A stretch of DNA of 56,135 nt, filler included, from Sphacelaria rigidula (taxonomy: Eukaryota): NCBI GenBank assembly GCA_964200075.2. It is 7 parts of 7 records of this genome, joined end to end, with 100 filler letters (N's around TTAATTAATTAA, not from the genome) between each part and the next. Parts side by side here need not be neighbours in the genome. Positions count along the whole stretch, not along the records: positions 8,036 to 15,969 come from CAXNAA020012927.1; positions 16,070 to 24,003 come from CAXNAA020012928.1; 5 more parts are not named here. One strand, 5' to 3'. The notes under the pieces were generated by a model, which saw only the letters and a list, made by a program, of their open reading frames with translations, had not been told where the DNA came from and ran no database searches. Within the stretch, counting starts at the first letter, position 1. Each line of letters begins with the position of its first letter. Below are positions 12,401 to 22,995 of the stretch, piece by piece. A program made the translations under genes and the position numbers.

Positions 12401-14843
12401 GTTATTTTCTCTTGTTTTATTTTCTCTCTATCACATAGCTCCTCGAACGCCCCCTCCGAAAACTCACCTCCACCATCCCTGCGGACCTTCTCGACTTTTC
12501 GCGGATGGATTTCTGCGATGTATTTACTAAAGTACTGTACGTACTCGTCCTTTGTGCGCAGAGGAAACAATCTGGTGTGTCGCGAGCAATCATCGCGTAC
12601 TATCATCATGTACGACTTTCCCCACCGAGATCTAACTGGTTTTGGGCCTGTGAGATCAACAAACACTCTGGAAGCTGGCTCAACTGCTCGTGTATGGGTC
12701 GATCTTAGGATGGGCTGCCGCAGTCCTTTTCCTTCCGAGCATCCTCGGCACGGTCTCAACTCGCCGCGCAGCTCCACTCCGAGCTGCTTGGCAGTCCGCC
12801 GGAGCAGGTCCTCGTGAACATGCGCGTGTTTGGAATGGATTTCATTTATGTCTTCAACTTGGGGGTTCGGAAGTTTCCCCGGGGCAATCACAGCGCATTC
12901 TGACGCATGCTTGTCATGACCATTCGGAGAGATGCGATGGACGTACATTATCAGTTGTCTGTGCTGACGGGGGATTTTCAGGGTATTGCCTGACTTCAAC
13001 TCAACCCGGAAGCCATTACTAGATCCAATGTAGGTGTGACCCGCGTTAGACATCGCGGTCAGTGAGAACAGATGGTGACGGACACAAGGTGCGTGGTTTG
13101 CATTTTTCACATGCAAGACCATATCGCGTCCGTAAGATCGTAAATATAGAGCCAAGTTTCTTCTTCCTACGATCGGGTAGGTACCACCGCCCGCACACCG
13201 TAGTACCCTTCCGCTGCATTTCCTATAGTCCGTCATCTTACTTGAAGCAGGAGAAAAGTGCGAAGTGGCCCCCGTGTCAAGTACCCACGGTTCGCCCCCA
13301 TCTGACTGCTCTACATCCCCCTTCACAGTTGCAAACACATACTCGTCTACGTTGATTTCGTCCACCGTCATGTCGAGGCTAGTGAACGCTTCTGCATCAG
13401 CATCCGGACAGACGGAGTCGTCGTCCACCACGTCTTCCGCCACGCCCATCACAATCGCCGCGTCCTCCACAGTGCTCTGACAGTCAATCAAACTATGTCC
13501 TGTCTTCCCGCACCTAACACAACGCCTGTCTGGACAGTCTCTCGCCCGATGTGTGGTCATCTTCTGACAAACGTGGCACCTCCACGTCGTCGCAGCCCCC
13601 GACTGGTTCGTTGACTATGAAGCCGGCGACGGGTTGTTTTTGCCCTGCCCCCCGTCACCTGCGCGACCTGGGTTCTGGGTCTTTCCCGGCTTACCTTTCC
13701 GGTGTGACCCGTTAGGTTTGCCGGGATGGACCTTGACAGCAAGGGCCCGGTCACTCGGGAAAGCCTTCGTCCCCTTGTCGAGTTCCTGCTTGAAAAGTGC
13801 CGATTCGAAACGTTTTCAAACCGATGTCACTACGACTTCCCTCGTGAGTGGACCTTCGCGCTCCTCCAACGCCTGTTTATGGTAGTTATACTCCCAAGGA
13901 AGCGCATTGACAAATTTGAGGAGGGTTTGCGCCTCCGTCAGGACGATGTTGGTGTAGTGTGATTGTAGTTCTCTAGCCACCTCTTCCATCTCGATTCTTT
14001 TTTGAACAGAATCATCGCGAACTCCAATCTTCACGTGATCATACTTCTCTAGAAGAGCTAATCTAGCTCCGTTGGTCTTGAGGCTGTAGAAATCGTTTAA
14101 CTCGCGCCACACGGCTGCTGGAGACGGAATTCGGAACAAAACATCCCGGTCCCGCTTATGTCGAGACTCGCCACCGACATTTGCCTCGCTCTCACGTTTG
14201 CAGCTACAGTGCCCTTTCCGTGTCTTGCTTCAAGATAACTTAAGGATATCGCCTTGTTTCCCACCTTCACATCGCATGCCCTATTTTCTGACATAGTTAA
14301 CACCCAATCAACTGCTTCACTTCTTGCGAACATAATTAGTTCGTGACTGTAGTGGTTGAACTCTGAACCCTTCCCAGAGACCTTAGGTACAGTTGCCTTG
14401 AAAACCGGTATCCCAGAAATATTTTGGACACTTTGTCGGTCGTGACCGAACATTGCGACGGACTCACTTGCGGGGTCTACACCCCTTGCTCCGTCGCTTG
14501 CTGTCCAGTGGTCGCTCCCGCTCGGAGCTCCCTGCTCTCCCTCTCGGCTACGTCTTCGGCCTTGAGGTATGCTTTGGTTGGCTGCGCTGTCAGCCCGGTG
14601 TTGTTGTGTTGCTTGATCCTCTTTGCTTTCGACAACGCCACTCCACCTCGCGCCTCCGGATTCTCGACCTTCGATGCCATCTACCCTACCCTGTATTACA
14701 GTCTGTGTAGATTGTACATCTCTAACCATCTCTGTCAGTGTGCTCAACTGACCCCTGAACAGACTCGTCATACTTTCAAGCTGACTCGTGAGCCCGTCTA
14801 ATCTTTCTTCTGAAGACGGAGCGTTACCATCGTTCCTAGCCAT
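9500..14843 (-). pseudogene. Copia gag-pol polyprotein, disrupted by several stops and frameshifts
   Basis: Zn knuckles CHVCQKMTTHRARDC and CVRCGKTGHSLIDC; protease WVLDTGATSHF; GAG-pre-integrase H..H..CRGC; integrase VFVDLTGP, RRDGGGEF, QSNGVAER; RT HFDVTQAF, KSIYGVKQAGRQW, VYVDDILI; RNase H DADYA..DRRSVSG, RSKHIDVRWHFIRD. Split across at least 7 ORF pieces. Confidence 0.95.
11470..11670 (-). repeat. Coding minisatellite (Pro/Thr/Ala-rich, PPAATSPP units) in the IN-RT spacer
   Basis: Tandem GGCGGCGATGTGGCT/GTAGCT variants translating to SATSPPAATSPPPTPTGTSPPPATSPPAATSPP. Confidence 0.85.
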
Positions 14844-14870
14844 ACTTGTCCAATCGATTGATCACTAGTG

Positions 14871-15125
14871 TATTCCTTGGCTCAGGCACAGGGTAATGGT
14901 TCCAGATATTTTATTGAAGAGCACCCAAGTTCTACTATAACTTGGGAGAGTGCTGATGAGATTGTGAGTAGATGAAAGAGAATGAACAAAGGTGGCGGAC
15001 TGCTCCGCTGCTCTCAGCCGTACTGTACAACATGTGCACACACTTGACTGTCGGTACTCGTACGTCACCCCGACCCCCGGTTCTACGTAGATCCAGCATT
15101 ACTGGGTATCTGAATCACTCGAACA
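14871..15125 (-). repeat. 5' LTR of inner copia element
   Basis: On the minus strand starts TGTTCGAG and ends GGAATA; gag ATG lies 28 nt downstream at 14843. Confidence 0.93.
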
Positions 15126-15130
15126 AGCCG

Positions 15131-15845
15131 TAGTCCACTACGTCTGGTTGATGTTCGGGAACTCATCATACCCCCGGGCCACGTCGAACCTCGACGACAC
15201 CGCTAAAACGTTTGGCGGAATCACCGATGCTGATGATGGGACGGCTCTCGCGGCAGGACCCGCTCTTGACAAGTGGACTGAGGGTAGCAATAGCCATGTC
15301 AGTGTCATGGTAGACAGTGGCGCGTCGGGACATTACTTCTACAATACCCTCATCCCGGGGCTACGGTATAAACTCGGTGAGTTTATTGGCAACGAGTTCA
15401 AGTCGTACTGCCGACAGATAGGCATATTGCTAGAGTTTGCAAGCACCAATACACCACAAGAAATCGGCCTGTCAGGACGCGTAGGAAGGACGCTTGCAGC
15501 CATGGTCCGGTGCATGCTTGCTGACAGTGGTTTATCGACTTTTCTCTGGGGCGAATTGATGTTAACAGCGGCCTATTTTGCATACAGATCACCGCATTCG
15601 GCGCTTGACATGCAGTCGCCTCATAAGATGCTGAAGGGGACAGAGCCGGATCTCGAACACCTTCGAGTCGTCGGAGCCTGGGCTTTCGTACATATCGAGC
15701 GGCATACTTCGAAACTTGCTCTCAAAGCAGTTGAAGGACGACTAGCCGGGTACAGTTATGACAGTAAGAGCCACCGACTCTACAATCCGGCCACGCGACG
15801 TATCATTGAGAGCAGGAATGTCGTCTTCATCGAGACTCCGACACA
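15131..15845 (+). mobile_element. Older (host) copia element, protease and integrase remnant
   Basis: VMVDSGASGHYF protease; GEF..NTPQEIGLSGRVGRTL..LWGE..RVVGAWAFVH..KL..GY..YNPATRRIIESRNVVFIE integrase C-half. In frame with the 8591-8876 segment once the inner element and one TSD copy are removed (LAVIA|VVHYVWLMFGN). Confidence 0.9.
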
Positions 15846-16464
15846 CCTTACCCCGACGGGAGAGCCACCACTTCGGATACACCCATTTTCACTTGGTGAG
15901 AGGCATCCTACGATAGGGGGGGGGTATTTGGTTGCCCGAAAAAAGAGGCTCATAAGTGTGTCAAACATCNNNNNNNNNNNNNNNNNNNNNNNNNNNNNNN
16001 NNNNNNNNNNNNNTTAATTAATTAANNNNNNNNNNNNNNNNNNNNNNNNNNNNNNNNNNNNNNNNNNNNACTGATAAAGTCAGCGCTGACTTGTCAGTAG
16101 TCTAGTTGGTTGTCTCTTAAACCGTCACAAAAGTTAGTCGTCACAGATCTAACGTCATTTTTTCAGACATTTTTTTTTCATAACCGTGGAGTGTGAATGA
16201 TTGCACACGACATCAACGCGTAATAGGTGGGTTATTTGGGGGGTATGAAAACGGAGGGAAATAACAAATACAGGCCACCTGACCAATATGCTACCGTACG
16301 TATGAGAAACGGGATGGCGTCACTCTGCACTTCGTGAATATTTGAAGATTTTCAAATTAGCGTTGTTGTGTCAAACGTTTCACAGCTAAGCCTGACATCG
16401 TATGAATAGGTATGGTCAAGTGTTCTACTGGTTCATGACCTGTGTCGCTGCATTCTGAAGAATG

Positions 16465-16692
16465 CAAGGGCAGGTCGAGCAGAGTATACTCATGGGACGA
16501 CAACACACTCAATGGCGGGGTATTTTGAAGGACGTACTCGAGGTACTCAAATTAGGGAAGAGTATTATTATAAAATTCGTACCCTGAAATAACTGGAAAG
16601 CGATCCCCAAAATGCTACCAACAGTTTGGGTACTTTGAGTACGACTTTCCGAATACCCCGCTATTGAGTATACTCTACTCGACCTGCCCTTG
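16465..16692. mobile_element. hAT/P-like MITE
   Basis: 28-bp TIR CAAGGGCAGGTCGAGYAGAGTATACTCA (1 mismatch); perfect 8-bp TSD GAAGAATG. Confidence 0.9.
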
Positions 16693-17293
16693 GAAGAATG
16701 CTTGCTAGGGCTGATGTCTCACCTGAAATATGTGTTTGGGGAGAAGGGATTCGCTCATGGGAAAGGGAGGTACCCGCCGCAACTTGCCACGGGACGTGCT
16801 CCCCGTCAGAAGTTGTGATGTTCATACGCTTTGTTTTTGCTGTTGACATGTTTTGCCCTTCGACCGAAGGGTGTGCATAATATAACGCCTAGCGCGGGAA
16901 ACATTTCACTTTACAAAGTTGCGATTCGATTCGATTGATTGATTCGTTGGATCATCGATTGATTGTCTCACCTTATCTACGAATATCCGAGGAATCTATT
17001 CAGGCTCACAAGATGGACGTTTCCAAAGACAAACAAAACGGGAACACTCACTCGATTGAGGGGCCGGGAAAAAGGAAATACGAAAAAAAAAAAAAAGGAG
17101 AAGAAAAAAAACAACCAGAGTGGAAAAGAACAAAAAAGGATGACCATAACAAAGAAGGGGGGAAAAGGAAAAGAAAGGGGAAGGAGAAAACCATGGAAAA
17201 TGCCCCTCAAGTATCTTGTAAATCAGCATTTTACCTTATTGATTTCCCAATTCTTTTTTGCAGTACGAACACCTGTCATGTGGCCCATCGTAC

Positions 17294-17359
17294 CTCGATC
17301 CCGCGTATTCCCAAGCAAGTGAGTTGGTCCGATATGCTGTATATCTGATTCGGGATGGC
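17294..17359 (-). CDS. PI-PLC X-box protein, exon 3
   Basis: CCCAG acceptor, AIPNQIYSISDQLTCLGIRGIE (NQxxSIxDQLxxGxRxxE motif), GTACGA donor; 66 nt, phase 0. Not visible in the ORF track. Confidence 0.85.
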
Positions 17360-17988
17360 CTGGGATGGGGTTTGAGGCGAGTGAGAGACGAGTCAACGAA
17401 TGAAGCAGATAGAGTAGGTGCTGCGGAAATAAAGGTGAATTCGACACCGCATGAGAGCACGATGCTCGCACTAAAGACTGCCAACAATCAGGGCCGTCTT
17501 GTTCCTTATTTCTTGCTTCGAAGTTCGGGGGTAAAATATGGAACGCACAGGCCATTTGCCGTAGCTGTCTTGAGGGTCGGCTCCGCTAACAAGCTACCGG
17601 ATTACCCGGTAGGCATTTCCACGCTCAAAAGAACAGATGCTCTACAAAGCACAGCATGTGCTTGATGGTACAGTATCACGCTATGTAGAGGCATCCTGCG
17701 AATATGGCGTTGACGGTTTGCGCCGAAAACTTTCTCACGATCGACAGAGATATCTCTCCTTTGGGTCAACAGTTTTTTCGCCTATGTTGACTTTGAAAAC
17801 ATGTTATGCAGACTTCACAAACTCAACGCCTGTGCAATCGATGCGTAAATCGAGTGGTGCAGCGGTACGAACAGTAAATTTCGCCCTTTACAAATTATCC
17901 GTCATTCTTATCCCGCTTTCTTCTTTTCTGTCACCGTCCACTCGTAGTAGGTAGTTGTTGCATTCGTAAGCAGGCTACAGAACCCCAC

Positions 17989-18073
17989 CTCCCAGCGGAT
18001 GCTTCCGCCCCCAACGCTGTTGAAGGAATTATGTGTCGCCAGCATCGGCACCTGGTCCAGCGGCATATCGTAC
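17989..18073 (-). CDS. PI-PLC X-box protein, exon 2 (catalytic His motif)
   Basis: TTCTTCAG acceptor, YDMPLDQVPMLATHNSFNSVGGGSIRWE, GTGGGG donor; THNS is the PI-PLC X-domain motif. Confidence 0.85.
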
Positions 18074-18821
18074 CTGAAGAAGCGGTTACGAGGTATCACG
18101 GGGGTGCTGCATCGTAGATCCGCGACGGTCGTCAGGGCGGTTTGCGTCGCGGAAACATCACCACTCGATTTCCTCCATTGTGGTGGTGTTCAGGGCATCA
18201 TAAGAATCTGCTTTCCGTTAACTCGCCAGTAAGTTCATTTACCCGAAGGGATGCGATAGGCAACATCCAGCTCGACGATTGCATTGTCAAGCGCTCGCCC
18301 AGCGTGTGCGCAGCGTGGGCAGCACCCGTTCTGGACTTAAAGTGGCGCTTATATCGGCGCTCAAATCGCCACCTCAGGCGCTGATTTGAGCCTAAACCGA
18401 CGCACACTTCGCTGCTGAGGACACGACAGATAACCTCGCAGCCCGAGGGTGTTCGATCTGCCTTCGGTCTGGGATTTGAGTTACGGTTAGCGTTGCGGAT
18501 TGACAAAACAACGTGTGTTCAACAGTCGGATTTCAGAACCGAGCTGGGATGGATCTGCCTCGTGTACGGACTCAAAATGACCTCGCCTTTCAAGCCAAAC
18601 TACCGTCGTCGGGAAAAAAAAATCCAGCACCCTACGAGTGGTATCTATGCGAACTTTCATCCCAGGTAACGCATACTAGGTTATCCCCGGTTATATTCCT
18701 ACCACACGTGCTCACTTACTTTATTCACTAACCCTAAACCCAAAATCAAGCCCTGAACCTCAAGGTACCTGCCCATACATGCATATTTTACGCCGGCACA
18801 CAAGCCTTCTCTCAAGCTTAC

Positions 18822-18988
18822 GATAAAAATCTCTCGAGAGTAGACGCGCGTAGCAGCCATATCGAGGTCCCAGGGACGATTGCAAAGACCGGCTCCGTCA
18901 AAATCCAGCCGCAGACGGCCAACGCGTAGAGCACGAAGAACGACAGCGAGGTGCGGGCGGGGAAATACCGACGACGATTGGCGCACAT
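18822..18988 (-). CDS. PI-PLC X-box (PLC-like phosphodiesterase) protein, exon 1 with signal/anchor
   Basis: ATG at 18988; MCANRRRYFPARTSLSFFVLYALAVCGWILTEPVFAIVPGTSIWLLRASTLERFLS; phase-2 donor GTAAGC matches the phase of the next exon. Confidence 0.7.
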
Positions 18989-21900
18989 TGCCCCGTTGTG
19001 CAAGGTGCCCTTCACTCCAAGCCTCTGCACCCTATTTTCCCGCTCGTCTGCCGGTGAGGGTGAATGTAGTGTTACCGTTGAGATGCAGTAAGGCATAATA
19101 TGTGAGATTAGACACTTCGTCGTGCTATGCTACGGTTTTGGGTGGTTGATGATATTGGCAAAATGGTCCTATTGTATAATCTATGTTTTCATGGGGGAAC
19201 CCGCTGCATCATCGGGATGTCCCGAGGTTCTCTTGGCTTCTCTGGACGACCCGGATGTCCACTTGCAAAACGAATGTTTCAGACTCATACGTGCACCATG
19301 GGGGGGCGTCCACGCTCCAAGTGAGGGGCACTAAACTATAGACGGAGTACATAACTTCACAATATCTTTAGATGCATAGCTTCCGCTGCACACGCAGGGC
19401 ATGAACCTTCGACTGCACGGGTGGGTCATCCGGGTCTCTTCCTCCTTTTTCAAGTAAAAATTATGCCCACGAAACGGACGGCCCACCCTGGCGCTCAAAG
19501 GGTTACGCATTCCTGTGTACATACATGATTTGGATTGCTTCTCTATGTATGACTGGCGCTTGAGGGTAACCTCTACGGAACACTATGGCCGGTGTTATCT
19601 CCTTGGCGTCTGTCCCCTCCGGTGCTCGAAATATCTGGCGAATCATTTCTTACTTGCGACAAGGGTGCGACATGTCAACGTGACTGGCGCCGTCTCGTCA
19701 GCGTCTGTTCTTGCGAGTATTGCTGGTGGGTGATAAAAATGCCACGGCAAAACGTTTTCTCATCTGCACCGAAGGTGAAGAATGAACGTCCATGCCGCGG
19801 TATTAGGACGCTCGTGTCATCTGATACTATAGGTGGAATATCACCATTGCACTGCTGTGTTTGAGGCAGCCAAGCCTTGGTTTGAAAGGCATGTGTACCC
19901 TGCGTGCCTCAGGTTGTGCGGTACAGTATGTGTATGCGGGCAGACGAGTCAACCGACAGTGGATACAGTATGTTGTACAACTAGATCACGCGCTGCAGTC
20001 GTTGCTCACCGCAGACTCTTGCAGACTCCACTGCTCCGAGGATGTGTAGGGATGCACCCCTATTTGAGGCGGCAAAGTTGCGTACTGACACCAAACGCAG
20101 CCCTGTTGCCCTTGGCGAAACATGAGGCGCGAACGGAAACGCGGGACTCTTTCAAACGCCACCAATTGGGATCGTCCGAGGAGTTACCCCGCAATATTCT
20201 TGCATTGCGACATGCACTTATGTCGGCGGTATCTTCAGCGGTATGCATGGCGTGACTATTTTATGTGGCAATGGGTGTATACTGCGTGGCCCGCCAGGGC
20301 TTTAGACGTCACCGCGGAAGACTTGTCGTGGTTTCGTTGTACACGTCCCGTATTGCCCGTAAGTTTGATACTGTGACACGACTTGTGCACTCACATGGAT
20401 CGTCTTTGCGGCACAATCATGACGTGAAAAATGATGCTCCCAATGCAGCGCAGCGCTACATTCCTCCTGCATTTGGGACCTCGAGAACGTGTGCGTATGT
20501 TTTTTCGGCCAAGTCCTGACCCCTGTCTCTTTGGTTCAGTCAAGTATGTGGTGCTGTCGCTACAAGACGCTCTGTGAAGCCTCGTATGACCGCGGGTCTG
20601 AGCAGCTGAAACCAATCCTCCACGCGTTGGACAATCATGACAACACCCAAAGGGGTAAGCTGCCAGGCTCCTGAAGCGTTGATGCGGTGCGCCGGGAGCT
20701 GGTCCATCCCTCACTTCCGACAGGATTTTCTTTCCCTTCCTCCGCATACAGTGCAGTGGCAGGCGGGTTCTACTGCATAGCAGGTGACAAATACAAACTG
20801 TAATGTTGAGCATGATGTTTGCGGCTGCACTAACCTACGGGACGGGGTACACCACCCCCCTTCACCGGCGATAGTATCAACGACGGCTTTGCCTAGACAT
20901 GACTCCGTTTTTCTAACTATTTTGGCAAAATATTTGACAAGACATTACTTTCGGTCAAATCATCTGCGGTTTCGCTCCCAAATTCATTGAAAAAGTCTAG
21001 AGTTGTTGAATGTTTGCCCCGGCGGGTGTTATACCGCATCACTCGTCAGCAGGTGGGAAGCGAGCCCTTCTGCTTGGCTGTAGGGCTACCGTATGTGTGT
21101 GGGTGTGCGTTGCAACATAGGTCTGCCCTCGGATGGCTAAACGCAGAATTATGAACGGCGTTCAGAGTATGTCGGTATTTGCATGTGTGACGACGGCTCA
21201 GTATAATGAACTTTACATGCAGAGTCACTCACAGATGCTGGTTTGTAAAACGGAAACCCCCACAGTACTGCAATGTAACGAGTACGTTGCAGTGACGGGA
21301 TCCCTAGAGGTACCGTACCGTTTGTTGCTGTAGAACCCTGTACTGGCTGTACTGAACTGTAGACTGGACCATTCTACTCTAGTCTACTCTATTCTCATTT
21401 CGCACAGTACGGTTTGATAGCATACTTGCTGAAATAATTGCATTCACCATCGTATAGGTGCTACAGTGCCGTAGCTGCTTGCAAGGAAGGACTCAGACGT
21501 GAAATTGGGTGCTGCGGACCGTCTATAGCTTTCGTAGCGCATGTCCGTTGCTGTGCATCTGCTTACATAAGCCACGGATAGGCGGTATCCGTAACTACAC
21601 AACTGCATTTGGCGCCTTTTCTTTCCACGGAAACGAAAAAAAAAACTAACATCACTCGCTGACCGTCTAACCTGCAGGAACAGAGTTGGTGCCTGGTAAC
21701 TTGCAGTATCGTCTGGACCACTTTCGGTGTGCACCAAAGTTCGACGGACTTTCCCCGTAAGAATGGTCAACGTCTTTTTTCGGCGGCGCAAAGTATTTCG
21801 CTTCGCCCATGACCGCATCTCACTTGCGGTACAAACCACACCCGCGAACAGAAACTTGCACCTGTACCGTCGGCGCTCAGGCTAGACCTTTATAGCGAGC

Positions 21901-22526
21901 TATTAATAGTGGAGCACTGAGAACTATACGCTGCACACAGAATACTGAATGCAGTCCCGCACGGAACAGTACCGAGTCTTTCTACGATAGCCCCCCCCCC
22001 CCCGCCCCGCCCCTCCCCAAACCAGCCGAAAACTGTCGCGAAGACAGTGGTCATACCGCGGCTGATGTTTGGTTTCAGGCTGCATGAAGCACCTCATATG
22101 TGCGACATTGGCGAAAACGAACCCAAGCGCGAGAATTCCCATCTGCTCGATGTGTTCAGCTTTTGTTATTTCGATTCACGTCTAGATTTTGCCTCCCCAA
22201 ACCAGCCACTTCTCCTTTTTTATAGGGGGCGTACTCATTTGTTGCTTGCCTTAGTCATTTGACCATTAACCACGCATCCCTTTCGAGACGGAGCACTGGT
22301 GAACCCGAGGAGATTTTTTTTTTAGGGGGGGGAGCTATCGTAGAAAAGCTCATCACAGTCAGTTTCCGGGTTAAAAATCACACACCCCGAAACCGCGCGG
22401 TTGACCTCACTCCATCCCGACTGTACGCATCGCGAACCGCGATCGACAACAAACGAACATCCCATTAGCGGGATTGTCGAGGGAGAGATGTTTTGATCCC
22501 TGGAGATACGGACTCGTTCCGAGGAC

Positions 22527-22995
22527 GGGGGAAGGGCGGGGGGAGCGTACTCATTTGTTGCTTGCCTTACGTCGTTTGACCATCGGCCACGCATACCTCT
22601 CGAGACCGAGCACCGTTCCTACTCCGAATAGAGACAACTCCAGCATTCGGGTGCACACTACGTTTTCCCCTTACGTTACACAAGGACAGTTGATATATCT
22701 TATCCCCGTCCTGTTTTGTCGTCTGTGGCCACCATTTTATCTCCTAGTATAGCCATCGTCTTCTCCCTACTATTTAACGATTTCATGCCACCTTCGTTCA
22801 CGTCCCGCATTTCCGCCTCTAGCACGTCCCGTTCCTCGTTATATAGTTTACGTTCTGCCACTATGAGTTCTGCTGCCTATTGCTTCGCCACAGGGGCAAT
22901 TATGTGCATCTAGTTCCTCCTCTCGATTACCGGTATATCTCTTTCTTTCTGGCAGGTCCGATTCCCCCACCCGGGATCGCAATTTCAACTTTTTC
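22527..22995 (-). mobile_element. Second LINE 3' fragment of the same family; further pieces at 7865-7935(+), 22225-22300(-), 1222-1259(+)
   Basis: KLKLRSRVGESDLPERKRY..CPCGEAIGSRTH; nucleotide similarity to 31540-31990; ends ATGAGTAC followed by a C-rich run. Confidence 0.75.

Larger units (their letters stand above)
8877..15125 (-). mobile_element. Full-length Ty1/copia LTR retrotransposon with decayed coding region
   Basis: 255-bp direct repeats at 8877-9131 and 14871-15125 (2 mismatches); 5-bp TSD AGCCG at 8872-8876 and 15126-15130; PPT AGGGGGAG abutting the 3' LTR (9132-9139, minus); domain order gag-PR-IN-RT-RH. Confidence 0.97.

Noticed and set aside
14860-15125. Tf1-type self-priming of the copia element
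   Set aside because: I found no LTR segment complementary to the sequence following the 5' LTR.
18243-18420. Extra PI-PLC exon
   Set aside because: Its most protein-like frame has an incompatible phase, and exon 18822-18988 joins 18073 directly with the expected motif.
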